DNA from: Tubiluchus corallicola
Taxonomy: Eukaryota > Animalia > Priapulida
Length of the DNA stretch: 64,000 bases
Direction: 5' to 3'
Assembly (NCBI GenBank): GCA_030141605.1
Contig: JAQGDQ010000834.1
Coordinates: 1 to 64,000 of the forward strand
The translations under genes and the position numbers were made by a program. Positions 27,113 to 39,280 of the stretch are shown here, piece after piece (within the stretch, counting starts at the first letter, position 1; each line of letters begins with the position of its first letter). A model generated the notes under the pieces. The model worked only from the letters and a program-made list of their open reading frames with translations. It searched no databases and was not told where the DNA came from.

Positions 27113-27133
27113 CTCTGTATCTACTTTGTTCAT
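27113..27133 (-). CDS. Possible first coding micro-exon (MNKVDTE) of an unresolved minus-strand gene
   Basis: agtATG...GAG|gtaagg strong donor directly downstream of a CCAAT/CRE-like cluster. Confidence 0.35.
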
Positions 27134-27164
27134 ACTGGTGTTGCCGGGAATTGCGTTGCACACC

Positions 27165-27265
27165 AAGTCACGATGACGTCGCGCGACGTTAACGATTCTC
27201 ATTGGTCAAAAATGACATAACCTGCGATGTTACGATTCTTATTGGGTAAAAATGACAGAGACGCT
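27165..27265 (-). promoter_or_regulatory. Candidate promoter: two CCAAT boxes 40 bp apart plus TGACGTC
   Basis: ATTGG at 27201 and 27241 in duplicated context acgattct(c/t)attgg..aaaaatgaca; tgacgtc near 27174; locally CpG-rich. Confidence 0.4.
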
Positions 27266-27693
27266 TACAACAGCAGAATTTAAGGCATTTGTTTACGCAT
27301 TTTCTACAGCATTTCTGCAAAAATACAATAATTTATAAACTAATTCGATACAGGACGATGCTAGCCAATAGCATGCCGGTCATAATAAAAAAACACGTTT
27401 AAAATTATGATCTTTATGCAAAGATAAAGCAAGTTAACCAAAGACAGTTTTTCCTGCAATACAAGCACCTTAAATTGTAAGGGTTTGGTTTTTCAGTAAT
27501 TTTTCCAGTAAAAGCTAATATTTTACGCAAAATAACAGTACAGTATGTTAGTAAAATAGTCTTAGATTTGAAAAAAAAACAAAATCGGAAAATTAACAAA
27601 GATTGACTCTTCTGGCTTAGTAAAGGAAAGCTGTGTTAGATAATGATTTTGGTTAAATTATTAAATTAATAATTCAAGATTAAATGCTTAAAC

Positions 27694-27953
27694 TGTCGTC
27701 GTGACTAGATGCCTAGTTAGGTGTGGCATCACGTAACCATGCGCAGAAGCTCACGGCGCATTAGAGAGTTGGATAAAAGTGTTTGAGGCCCGCACCTCGA
27801 GAAAAGATGAGGAACTGACTTGAAGACGGAGGGCTGGCATTACTATCCTATTATATTTACCGTGTTGTGTTCGATATTTAATAAATGTGTCGCTCCTTAA
27901 ATCGAGTCTTGATAGTTTGCCATGCCGTCGTGGCTATCTCACACGCCACGCTA
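27694..27953 (+). mobile_element. Solo LTR, 260 bp, with 5-bp TSD
   Basis: Starts TGTCGT, ends CACGCTA (degenerate terminal inverted repeat), flanked by TAAAC at 27689-27693 and 27954-27958; internal TATA-like gataaaag and AATAAA. Confidence 0.6.
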
Positions 27954-28746
27954 TAAACAACAATAATCAGCAAGCAGCTTTAACCACGTGAACAAGCAAA
28001 CTTTAACCAAATTATTTTACTACTTTTTTGACCTCTAGCTTTATAATTAAATTACCGCACGATGGACGGCTTGCTATGCAGCGTCACACAATAGTTGCCC
28101 TCTAAACCACCCACAAAAAGATTTTGCGTAACCTCAGCAAGTGAGCTGATGTCACTCATTGTTCTTCTTGACGTCAAACAATGATAGTAACGTCAACGGT
28201 CAAGTAGCAGCAATATTTCACACAAATAAGCCTTTTCACAGTTCCAGTGATTGATGATGATCGTGAAAAAGTCGAAGGTTAAGTGTACTAGACAGCTCAT
28301 TACTGTACACTTGACAACGCCTCCCAGTCCATGCTATTGTAATAGTAACAGTTTTAACAGCTAGCTAGAACCTTACCTGGTTCTTTTTTTCTTATTCCCA
28401 AAGCAAGATCCTGATAGCAAATCACTCTACGCACAGACTAATTAAGTCCACATAAGACCACTGAAGTTACTGAATTACTTTGCGTTACCCACATAACGTT
28501 TGTAGCTAAAACGCGCTCTGTGGTACACTTAACCTTTGACCTACAGCAACTGCGCATGCGCGCAACGAAACTATGAAAAGGCTTATTACACTTTCGTAAC
28601 CATGTGCCAAACGTTCACTTCACTTGGAACTTGGAGTCAATCAGTAGTTTTGACGTGGAACAATGAGTTCTTTTGGCATCCTGCATTGTTTACCTTGATT
28701 CCACACACTGGTTCAACTTTATTAACTTAACATTAAACTTTGTGTG

Positions 28747-29121
28747 TCAAAAAGTTGTTCTATTGTCCAAGACATGTGTTCCTCTTGAGACTTTTCCTTT
28801 TCCATTAACTTCCTGCTTTATGACAACAAAGTCAGTCCTTCCTGGCAGTAAAACGATGCTGAATGGGTCATGATGGTCCTCTTCGCGGTTCTTTTCTCTC
28901 TGCAATACCAACCTCAACTTGCAACCCAAACACAATGAAAAGAGAGAAATCAGGCACTCGACGGCAGCCGCTGAAAGAGCAATGACCAGTAGGTTACCCT
29001 TGTCCTCCTTGATGTAGATTTGTCCGTCCATTGTCCGGTCGACCAGTCCGAGACGCAGCAGCTGAATGCTGATGATGGCAGTGACGACTGAGCAGCCGGA
29101 TAATGATGTGAACACTAACAT
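28747..29121 (-). CDS. TMEM196: TMEM196-like four-TM protein, exon 3 (last coding)
   Basis: Acceptor tttttctag, phase 0; MLVFTSLSGCSVVTAIISIQLLR...LLVIALSAAAVECLISLFSLCLGCKL parallels TM3-TM4 of TMEM196 as I recall it; TGA at 28747. Confidence 0.75.
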   Translation of the reverse strand: MLVFTSLSGCSVVTAIISIQLLRLGLVDRTMDGQIYIKEDKGNLLVIALSAAAVECLISLFSLCLGCKLRLVLQREKNREEDHHDPFSIVLLPGRTDFVVIKQEVNGKGKVSRGTHVLDNRTTF

Positions 29122-29185
29122 CTAGAAAAATAAAGTATCTCTATATATTAATTTCGGTGGTATATATATCCATGTATATCCATAT

Positions 29186-29187
29186 AT

Positions 29188-29230
<43 letters not shown>

Positions 29231-29335
29231 TAAACATACACACACACACACACACACACACACGCACGCGCGCGCGCACGCACGCACGCACGCGCACAGA
29301 CAGACAGACAGACAGATAGATAGATATACATATAT
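29186..29335. repeat. Compound microsatellite (TA)n(CA)n(CGCA)n(CAGA)n
   Basis: Direct reading. Confidence 0.9.
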
Positions 29336-29341
29336 GCATAG

Positions 29342-29510
29342 CTACAGCTCCGACGAGGGCACCATTCTCGACGATCTATACGTCAAACGAAAGGTCTCCG
29401 CCCATAGGTTCGCAACTGCGGGTTTATTTTTCGAATTGAGCCCGCCGGGAGGAACGGGAGGCGAAGAACCTCTAAAATTGTTATGAATATTTTAATAACA
29501 AACTTTTGCT
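29342..29510 (+). mobile_element. Microsatellite-associated interspersed repeat (also about 13161-13301 and 14188-14328)
   Basis: tacagctccgacga(t/g)ggcaccattctcgacgatctatacgtcaaacgaaaggtctccgcccataggttcgcaact shared by three loci, each preceded by a compound microsatellite. Confidence 0.7.
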
Positions 29511-29819
29511 GTTTATTTATTACACAATATCTATTAGCATATGCGTATAAGGCGGAGGAGGGACACCCCTCCCAGTGTTTGACTGCTGTTGGGGGGTGGG
29601 AGGGGACAGCCCTCCCAGTGGAAATGAACTGATAGGGTAAACGCTGGTCATTTTCAGGGCAAATGATTCTATTGCCTACAAACTGCTTCACGTCTTATTA
29701 AAAGTGCTTATTTAATATTTTTAATAATGTTTTTTAGTAAATTTTAAAGTTAATAATAGTGTTATCAAATTTAGTTTACTAAACCACACAAGTCATCTAT
29801 GCACTTCTTAAGACAAGAG

Positions 29820-29946
29820 CATCAACAACAACACCATCATCATCATCATCGACAACAACAACATCATCATCATCATCAAAAAACAACAACAACCGCAATA
29901 ACAACGACGACGACAACAATAACAACAACATCATCATCTTCATCAT

Positions 29947-29977
<31 letters not shown>

Positions 29978-30152
29978 ATCATTAACAACAACAACAACAA
30001 CAACATCATTAACAACAACAACAACATCATCATCATCATCACCACCACCACCAACAACAACATCATCATCAACAACAACAACAACAACAACAACATCATC
30101 ATCAACAACAACAACATCATCATTATCAACAACAACAACAACAACAACAATG
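29820..30152. repeat. Mixed (CAA)n/(CAT)n trinucleotide tract
   Basis: Direct reading. Confidence 0.92.
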
Positions 30153-30704
30153 ACAATAATTTAGGTTTTTTCCAATGTCTGAAATTAGTCTGTTCAATGA
30201 AGTGTTTTCAGCAGTATAAGCCTACTACACAAAAAGACACTCAAAACTCTAGACTACGGAATTTAAAATTAATAGGCCTATAGAATCTCAATGCGTATAG
30301 TTCAAAATCTGTTTAATAGAGATCCTTTACCTTAAGGTATTGTAACTGATGATGAACTATGGGTAATTTGCGTTTCTACAACTAAATTTTTCTGTGAACT
30401 GCAATTAGTAACGTATAATAATAGCAACTCATAATCTTAGATGCTGAGGTGCAATTAGTCTAGAAGCTTCCTGTGTGAATGAGGATGAGGAAGCAGAGAT
30501 TCTTAACTGGCTTCATTATTAAGGATTCACGGTGCAACCAAGCTATATTTCACGAAGTATAAAGACAGTGATCACAGCTTGTCACCGTAGTTGAGACAAT
30601 TTGCAACATTATCAGTCTACAACGGTGTTCAGGTTTAACTCACTAGAGTCAAACCGTAGCTAGTTGGCTCCAACCTGCATGTATAATACAGCTGATGTAC
30701 AATT

Positions 30705-31686
30705 ACGTTTACATGCATAAAACTATGACCTCATAAATGTTTACGTGTGTATAAGTATGACGTCATAAATGTTTACATGCATAAAACTATGACCTCATAT
30801 AAATGTTTACAAGCATAAAACTATGACCTCATAAATGTTTACGTGCATAAAAGTATGACGTCATAAATGTTTACAAGCATAAACTATGACCTCATATAAA
30901 TGTTTACAAGCATAAAACTATGACCTCGTAAATGTTCACGTGTGTAAAAGTATGACATAATAAATGTTTATGCATGTAAAACTATGACCTCATAAATGTT
31001 TACGTGCATAAGAGTATGACGTCATAAATGTTTACATGCATAAAATTATGACCTCATATAAATCTTTACGTACATAAAACTATTACCACATAAATGTTCA
31101 CGTGTGTGTGTAAAAGTATGACTATAACCTCATAAATGTTTATGCATATAAAACTATGACCTCATAAATGTTTACGTGCATAAAAGTATGACGTCATAAA
31201 TGTTTACAAGCATAAACTATGACCTCATATAAATGTTTACAAGCATAAAACTATGACCTCGTAAATGATCACGTGTGTAAAAGTATGACATAATAAATGT
31301 TTATGCATGTAAAACTATGACCTCATAAATGTTTACGTGCATAAGAGTATGACGTCATAAATGTTTACATGCATAAAATTATGACCTCATATAAATCTTT
31401 ACGTACATAAAACTATTACCACATAAATGTTCACGTGTGTAAAAGTATGACATAATAAATGTTTATGCATGTAAAACTATGACCTCATAAATGTTTACGT
31501 GCATAAGAGTATGACGTCATAAATGTTTACATGCATAAAATTATGACCTCATATAAATCTTTACGTACATAAAACTATTACCACATAAATGTTCACGTGT
31601 GTAAAAGTACGACGACATAAATGTTTACGCATATAAAACTATTACCTCATAAATGTTCACGTGCATATAACTATGACGTCATAAAA
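30705..31686. repeat. About 32-bp minisatellite (cataaatgtttacatgcataaaactatgacct) with higher-order block duplication
   Basis: Variant unit order at about 30830-31105 recurs at about 31160-31440 and partly again to 31600. Confidence 0.9.
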
Positions 31687-32167
31687 CGCCAGGTTCAAAA
31701 AATTTCAAAATACATTGGACACTATCATTTTGGAATGTTACTACAAGATCTGTTTTGTTTTTATAAGTAATTCGCCACACTGCAAGCCAAATATCAAACA
31801 GTTGCATAGCCTGCTAACTGTGGCGAGACCGAAAGCTGGCTCATTATTAAGGCTAATCCCTTTTTGGGTATTAATTTTTTAACTGGGTATTTTTTAAACG
31901 CTTATACAGAAGTTAATCTTGAGTTAAGCAGCTTGCTGCTTTATTGACAAATCTGTATATTTATATAAATATGTTTATATCCAAATCTCACCGTACAATT
32001 AATTTGAATCATGTTTACAATAATGTTCAGCGATGAACTTGATTGTAATAATGGTAAGTAAATTAAATCAATTACATTTAATTTAATTTTTAATTTAATT
32101 CAATTTTGAATTTAATTTAATAATTTCAATCTCACTCTATTACTGTAGCATGATGTAAGTCTTTTAC

Positions 32168-32227
32168 CAGGTAAGGGCTTCTCCTCCTCCTTGCTGACAT
32201 GAAAGCGCAGCCTCCGCAAGATACAAA
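32168..32227 (-). CDS. TMEM196: TMEM196-like protein, exon 2 (FVSCGGCAFMSARRRRSPYL)
   Basis: Acceptor tttttctttcatag, donor ctg|gtaaaa, 60 nt, phase 0-0; parallels FLLCGICGILCAKKKSGLV of TMEM196. Not in the ORF track. Confidence 0.8.
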
Positions 32228-32437
32228 CTATGAAAGAAAAATAACAAAATATATTTAAAGCACAAGAAAACTTAAACATAAAGCTTAAAAAATTCGTCTT
32301 GAAATTTTATACCACTTACATATATTACTGCCTTTTGCTTAATAGTCTTGCGTCGGCAGTAACGCCATATAAAACATGTAAATTTAAACTCCCGCGATGA
32401 CCGTTAGACGCAGCCATTTTAATGGTAGGTTGTTTGA

Positions 32438-32905
32438 AACAAGTTTAGATAACATTGTGTAAAGTTTGTTTGAAAAAATAATTAGAGCATTCGTAGCGCA
32501 CACCTCACTAACTAAGTAAAATTTAATTGAATTACTGTATCTTGTCAATAAGATTCAAAACACGTTTTGGGTTAGTGAGTGGTAAAACAACGACATTTTA
32601 TCCTTTGGTGAAAGCATTTTAAATAATAATTTCCTATTCTAGTTACATTAGTCTTTCAATCAGTTAAGCGAAATGTTAAGTACTGTAATATAATCTTGCA
32701 TGGAAAGTTTTTTTTTGGGGGGGGCATAGTTTAACATTTACTTTTCTTCCCTTGATTAACGCTGTGCGTATATGATGTCATGTAATGGCACCGCGTCGGT
32801 ACAGTGTTGCGGGAAATTTAAAATCAAAACAAACAAAAATTCCTTTCAACGCGAGTACGATAAAGTTGTTATATAGTGATATAATTTCTTAAGGCGATTT
32901 TTCCG
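32438..32905 (+). mobile_element. Unclassified interspersed repeat (second copy about 35166-35612)
   Basis: acaagtttagataacattg ... attactgtatcttgtcaataaga ... aaaacaaacaaaaatt ... aacgcgagtacgata collinear in both loci. Confidence 0.65.
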
Positions 32906-33889
32906 AAAACTACTTTAGGTACCCCTTTTCTTGTCTTTTAAAAGGTGAATTTAGTACAAACCTCAACGCTAGGTGCCGCTGATATTATAACAACAAATAC
33001 ATGTTAGACGACCTACTCGACCGCTAGATTGTAGCACGTGAGTCCTTACAAAATTATAATCCTGCAGTCTTACACAGAAACATATTCGAAAAATTCAAAA
33101 CTGGTCATCCATCTTGCTCTATTATCCATAGTTTGTTACAGCAGTTTACTAAATCAACCTCTTGCTTCACCGTACAATAGAATTGACTGTTAAATGATTA
33201 GTCAGCCAACTTACTTTGTAAATGTATTTTTATTATTACTGTTGTTGTTAAAATATTGTGTTTATATAGATCATGTATGTAAGTTTAAGCATCATCTGCT
33301 AATTGTAGTGTCTCAAGTCGAGTGTGATAATTATTTGTTGTGATGCCCATTTTTCTTTTATTAGCACTTTACACTCAGCACTTGCACCGTGGAGATACCC
33401 TTTTCAAACCTAGTCTGTTTTGTAAATCCACTATAAATAAATAAAGTTTAAATTAAATTAAACATGTTTAGTGATATATTATGTTATAGTAAAGAAATTA
33501 TTAATACGTTTACAGTTAAATAAATTAGCAACTGATTAATGTGTATTAAATGATAATTACACATTAAGGCGTGTTAGATTTGAGATAGAGAAGCTAAAGG
33601 AGAAAGAACAAAGAAAGAACAACAGAGAAAGAGGGCAAAGAGAGAGAGAGAGAGAGGAAGAGAGAAAGGAAGAGAGAGAAAGATACGGTACGGGTCCTGT
33701 ATAAACTTTACTGCGCAGGACAAAGAAAGAAAAGCAGAGAAGAAGACAAAGATTGAGAGAAAGGAAGAGAGACACGCTTGCTGTAAGGGCCCTTCTGTAT
33801 AAACTATACTATAACAGCCCCATCTCTTCGTCCAAGATTCAAGTCAATTTACTTTCATTGATAAACATTTTATTTTAGAAAATTGTTAA

Positions 33890-34911
33890 AGGAAAACCGG
33901 ACGATTGATTAGACTCAATCTTATTTTAATTTGAAACTAAAACTGAAGCTGAAACTACAAAGCAACTGATTGGAATTTAACTTATTAAAATAATGCAAAT
34001 CATGAGCTAATTTGATTTGTAATAAATATCAAAATACTAGCATTTCTTTAAGGAACATTTCATTGATAAACAGAAGATAATTATTCTAGTTTATTTAAAC
34101 TTAAGTAAGACAGGATGATTTTTCATATACTTCCCCATTTTCAAGTACGATAAAACGTATACATTTTAACAGAATTAATAATGCAAAAGCGTTTCTGATA
34201 ATTAAATAATAGATTAAAAACTTAATTAACGGCGGGCGAGCTCAATTATTGATGACATCACAAACGAACATAATTTTCAACAGCAAAAATATTCCGCACG
34301 TGTTTGTGAAAGCAAAAAATTGAAGTCCACTACTGTAAGATTTTCAGTGTGTTGTACTAAAACCAGGCATGTTTTAAGATAAAAATTGAAATTTCAATTT
34401 GGTTTTATTTTAAGAAACAAAATTATGTTGCTTCAATGGCAACTTTCTGTAAAATAGCTGCCACCACGCTTTCTGCCGTTCACTAGTTAAATGGATACCA
34501 GCCCTGCATTTAGGAAAAGTGTTGCGTAAAAACAGGTGCTCTAGCTCGCAGTTTAGAAGTCCAGTTGTGACGTAGTACACACTTTCGAGAGCTCATGCGT
34601 GAGCACAGGTGTAAACGTGAAAATTGAATTTTAAACCTATAATTTGCCGAGTTTTTATATATCACATCGAATGATGTACAGTAGCACAGTACTTTCGATT
34701 TCGCAAACACGTGCAACGAACTTTAACAAATTGCTGTTAAAAATTATGTTCAGTTGTGATGTCATAACTAGTTGAGATCGCCCACCATTAATCAAACTTT
34801 GAATCTACTGTTTAATTATCAGAAACGCTTTGGCATTATTATAAGCGTTAAAATTTGTTTGTTTTCCCGTGCTAGAAAACGTGGCAGGACGTGAAATCAT
34901 CCGTTTTTCCT
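33890..34911. mobile_element. TTAA-flanked Kolobok-like element with a nested truncated MITE copy (about 34105-34400)
   Basis: TTAA|AGGAAAACCGGACG ... CATCCGTTTTTCCT|TTAA terminal inverted repeats; right half is a diverged reverse relative of the 600-bp family. Confidence 0.6.
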
Positions 34912-35687
34912 TTAAAGTCGCGGGCTGCTCTGTGCGTCGGCAGAATTTTCACCGCTACCCCGTGTAACTGACAGCGAGATTAAGGCGCCATTATCTTGTT
35001 AGAAACAGCAAAGAAGGAAATTCGCGAGTGCGTAGCCGTTTATGTAACGAAAAGATGCTCGTATAGAAACTTCATCAGCAGCCTTTATAAACACATTGGC
35101 TGAGTAATTAAAAAGTAATTAAAAAGTACAAACTAAATTTTGCTAATTATAGTAAATCATTGGATACAAGTTTAGATAACATTGCGTGATGTTAAAAAAA
35201 ATAATCAGAGCATTCCTAGCGCACATGATACTAAATAAAATTTTAAATTACTGTATCTTGTCAATAAGAATCAAAAAACGTTGTTGGTTAGTGAGTGGCG
35301 CACCCTGGAGGGTGAGTCAGCGACGTTTTACCAATTGGCACAAACATTTTAAATTATTATTTCTAGTTACATAAGTCTTTCCAGCAGGTAAGTGAAATGC
35401 TAAGTAATGTAGATTTGCTGGGAAAGTTTTTTGGGACATAATTTAACATTGCCTTTTCTTCCCCTGATTTACGTTTACGCAGGTGACGTCAAGTAATGCC
35501 TCGGTACTGCGGGAGATTTAAAACGAAAACAAACAAAAATTTCTTTTAACGCGAGTACGATATATGCATAAATTTTTTGTAAAGTAGTATAATTTTCAAG
35601 GTGATTTTTCTGAGACTTACTCCTTATAGTCCAAGAGTCCGTATAGTTAACTCGTTATAGTCCAAGAGTCCTTATAGTTACTCGTTA

Positions 35688-36628
35688 GGCTGCCAGGCCA
35701 TAGAAACTCATGCTTCATGCCTCACGCTTCATACTTCATACTTCATGCTTCATGCTTCACGGCCCACTGGGCCATAGGGGCTCATGCTCTCACGCTTCAC
35801 ACACACACGAGTCTGCGTTGCGCATTCAAAATGGAATCATCTGACGAGGAAGATTTCTTGATTTTGTTGTGTCTCAGAAGAAGGAAGCGAAAGAGACGGA
35901 GAATATGGTGCCGGGAGCATTTTTTGCTCAGAGAATCCAGAGGAGAATTTCAGCGGACATTTCAACACCTCGTGGACAATCCTGATGAAGAACTATTTCA
36001 TAATTACACAAGGATGTCGTACAAGACTTACAGTACATTAAAGTCCCTCGTGCTAGGACATCTGAAGCCACGCCATTCAAATTGGAGGAGGCCAATCGAA
36101 GCAGAACAAAAGCTCATCATAACTCTCAGGTGGTAATTACTAGTCAAAGTATGTTTGTCAGATAAGCATGCACTGACATGAGTAGATCTAAACACCCCCC
36201 CAAAAAGAAAGGCCACACAAAAATTCCAAAATGTTTTTGAAGGGTAAAATTTAATTATTTTATGTTTTTCAGATATACTGACATGACCATATAATAAAAA
36301 CAAAAACCGAAAAACGAAAGTGAAAAATTTGAAAAGGTTTAGTCACAATGTCCCGTTCTAACTCTGATCGTGAAATGAATAGTCCTCAGGACCATGAGCA
36401 GTCAAAAACGCTCTGATATCCAGTCTGCCCCCGGACTCACGTCTCGAAAAAGTGAACATGTTCACTTCTAGCTTCACGCGTGAGTCGTGAAGCTTGAAGT
36501 GTGAGGCGTGAGCGGAGGTCTATGGCGCACCGCAAATAAGATTACGTTTGTTCATTTTTCCACTCACGCGTTTAGACGTGAAGCATGAGCGTGAGGCATG
36601 AAGCGTGAGTTTCTATGGCCTGGCAGCC
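35688..36628 (+). mobile_element. PIF/Harbinger DNA transposon, 941-bp internal-deletion derivative
   Basis: TIR GGCTGCCAGGCCATAGAAACTCA(T/C)GCTTCATGCCTCACGCT at both ends; 3-bp TTA TSD (35685-35687 and 36629-36631); contains transposase 5' part. Confidence 0.93.
35831..36129 (+). pseudogene. Truncated Harbinger (HARBI1/ALP1-like) transposase N-terminus, no DDE domain
   Basis: RRIW...RGEF...FHNYTRMS..TY..L...PIEAEQKLIITLR is characteristic of the Harbinger transposase N-terminal region; probable intron ag|gtggt ... ttttcag (36130-36272), after which the frame soon ends. Confidence 0.85.
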
Positions 36629-38157
36629 TTATAGTCCAAGAGTCCTTATGGTTACTCCTTATAGTCCAAGAGTCCTTATAGTTAACTAGTAATAGACCAA
36701 GAGTCCTTATAGTTACTCGTTATAGTCCAAGAGTCCTCATAGTTACTCCTCCTTGTAGTCCAAGAGTCCTTATGGTTACTGCTTGTAGTCCAAGAGTCCT
36801 TATGGTTACTCCTTATCGTCCAAGAGTCCTTATAGTTACTGCTTATAGTCCAAGAGTCTTCATAGTTACTGCTTATAGTCCAAGAGTCCTCATAGTTACT
36901 CGTTATAGTCCAAAAGTCCTCATAGTTACTCGTTATAGTCCAAGAGTCCTTATAGTTAACTCGTTATAGTCCAAGAGTCCTTATAGTTACTCGTTATAGT
37001 CCAAGAGTCCTTATAGTTAACTCGTTATAGACCAAGAGTCCTTATAGTTAACTCGTTGTAGACCAATAGTCCTTATAGTTACTCGTTATAGTCCAAGAGT
37101 CCTCATAGTTACTCCTCCTTGTAGTCCAAGAGTCCTTATGGTTACTGCTTGTAGTCCAAGAGTCCTTATGGTTACTCCTTATCGTCCAAGAGTCCTTATA
37201 GTTACTGCTTATAGTCCAAGAGTCTTCATAGTTACTGCTTATAGTCCAAGAGTCCGTATAGTTAACTCGTTATTGACCAAGAGTCCTTATAGTTACTCGT
37301 TATAGTCCAAGAGTCCTCATAGTTACTCGTTATAGTCCAAGAGTCCTTATCGTTACCCTTCATAGTCCAAGAGTCTTCATAGTTACTCCTTCTTGTAGTC
37401 CAAGATTCCTTATAGTTACTCCTTATAATCCAAGAGTCCTTATAGTTACTCCTTATAATCCAACAGTCCTTATAGTTAGTCCGTATTTCGTTACGTGCTT
37501 TTGAACTGACTTTTGTTCTGACTTGCCACACCTTTGCAAGAGTATTGACTCGTTTGGGATCATTGGACATTAATTATGATCATCTTAAGGCGTCAATAAT
37601 GAGCACAATAATGAATCCGCATGCAGTAAATAATAAATAAACCTATTGTCATGTTCCTACCGATACACCACAATAGAGGTACCATGTTAATCTATTCCAT
37701 GTGTTTATTTAGGTCTGTCACGTCACAATAGTCGTCTAACAGGGCGGGTGAACGAACAATTTAGAACGATGTTTGTGAAAGAACGGAAACATAGAAATTT
37801 TATGATGCATAACAGAAGAAAACAAAGGGAATTCTGGTATCCGGTACATGGATTTTTTGTTTAAAGAAAAACTGAAGAACTTGTGGCATGAAAAGCTGAA
37901 CATGAAACTTGATAAATCAAAGGAAATAATGAAATAGATTTGCCATACAAGTCTACTGAAGCCATTCACCTTACTGAAGCCAAACGTGAAATTACTAAGC
38001 CAGCGTGTAATGTCATCCATAATTAATTATGAGCGCGTTTTAGGTTTGATTAATAATCTTGGAATAAATTAGTGAAAAACTAACTGGAAACCAAAGGCAC
38101 AACAACAAGCAAAAGTTGTTGCATTAGAATTTTGTTTGTATTTGTACAATCTGGCGA

Positions 38158-39280
38158 AGTAGGTAAGGTGAAGTGAGGTGAGGTGAGGTGAAGTGAGGTG
38201 AGGTCAGAAAAGATAAACTAAGCTAAGTTAAGTTAAAGTAAGTAAGGTAAGGTAAGGTAGGGTAAGTAAGGCTAAAAAAGATAAGGTAAGGTAAGGTAAG
38301 GTAAGGTAAGGTAAGGTAAGGTAAGGTAAGGTAAGGTAAGGTAAGGTAAGGTAAGGTAAGTAAGGAAGGTAAGGTAAGGTAAGGTAAGGTAAGGTAAGGT
38401 AAGGTAGTAGGTAAGGTAGGAGGAAGAAGTAGTAAGGTAAGGTAAGTAAGGTAAGGTAAGGTAAGGTAAGGTAAGGTAAGGTAAGGTAAGGTAAGGTAAG
38501 GTAAGGTAAGGTAAGGTAAGGTAAGGTAAGGTAAGGTAAGGTAAGGTAAGGTAAGGTAAGGTAAGTAAGGCTAAAAAAGATAAGGTAAGGTAAGGTAAGG
38601 TAAGGTAAGGTAAGGTAAGGTGAGGTAAGGTGAAATAAGCTAAGGTAATGTACGGAATGCTAAGCTAATCTAAGCTAAGGCAAGGTAAGCTAAATTAAGG
38701 TAAGTAAGGTAAGGTAAGGTAAGCTAAACTAAGGTAAGGTAAGTTAAGTAAGGCTAAGGAAATGTAAGGTAAGGTAAGGTAAGGTAAGGTAAAAGTAAGG
38801 TAAGGTAAGGTAAGGCAAGGTAAGGTAAGGTAAGGTAAGGTAAGGTAAGGTAAGGCAAGGCAAGGCAAGGCAAGGCAAGGCAAGGCAAGGCAAGGTAAGG
38901 TAAGGTAAGGTAAGGTAAGGTAAGGTAAGGTAAGGTAAGGTAAGGTAAAATAAGCTAAGGTAATGTAAGGAAAGCTAAGCTAATCTAAGCTAAGGTAAGG
39001 TAAGCTAAATTAAGGTAAGTAAGGCAAGGTAAGGTAAGCTATGGCAAGGTAAGATAAGTAAGGCTAAGGTAAGGTAAAGTAAGGTAAGGTACGATAGGCT
39101 AAGGTATGGCAAGGTAAGGTAATCTAAGCTAAGGTAATCTAAAGTAAATAAGGTAAGGTAAGGTAAGGTAAGGTAAGGTAAGGTAAGGTAAGGTAAGGTA
39201 AGGTAAGGTAAGGTAAGGTAAGGTAAGGTAAGGTACGGTAAAGTAAGGTAAAATAAGCTAAGGTAATTTAAGGTAAGCTA
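38158..39280. repeat. (GTAAG)n pentanucleotide satellite with variants
   Basis: Direct reading. Confidence 0.97.

Larger units (their letters stand above)
35617..37477. repeat. 27/28-bp minisatellite (tagttactcgttatagtccaagagtcctta-like) interrupted by the Harbinger element
   Basis: About 2.5 units left of 35688 and about 30 units right of 36628. Confidence 0.93.

Noticed and set aside
29797-30164. Mucin-like poly-Thr or poly-Leu ORFs
   Set aside because: (CAA)/(CAT) microsatellite within the TMEM196-like intron.
37600-38060. Coding-like purine-rich stretch
   Set aside because: Multiple stops; perhaps an old LINE relic but no motif I can assign with confidence.
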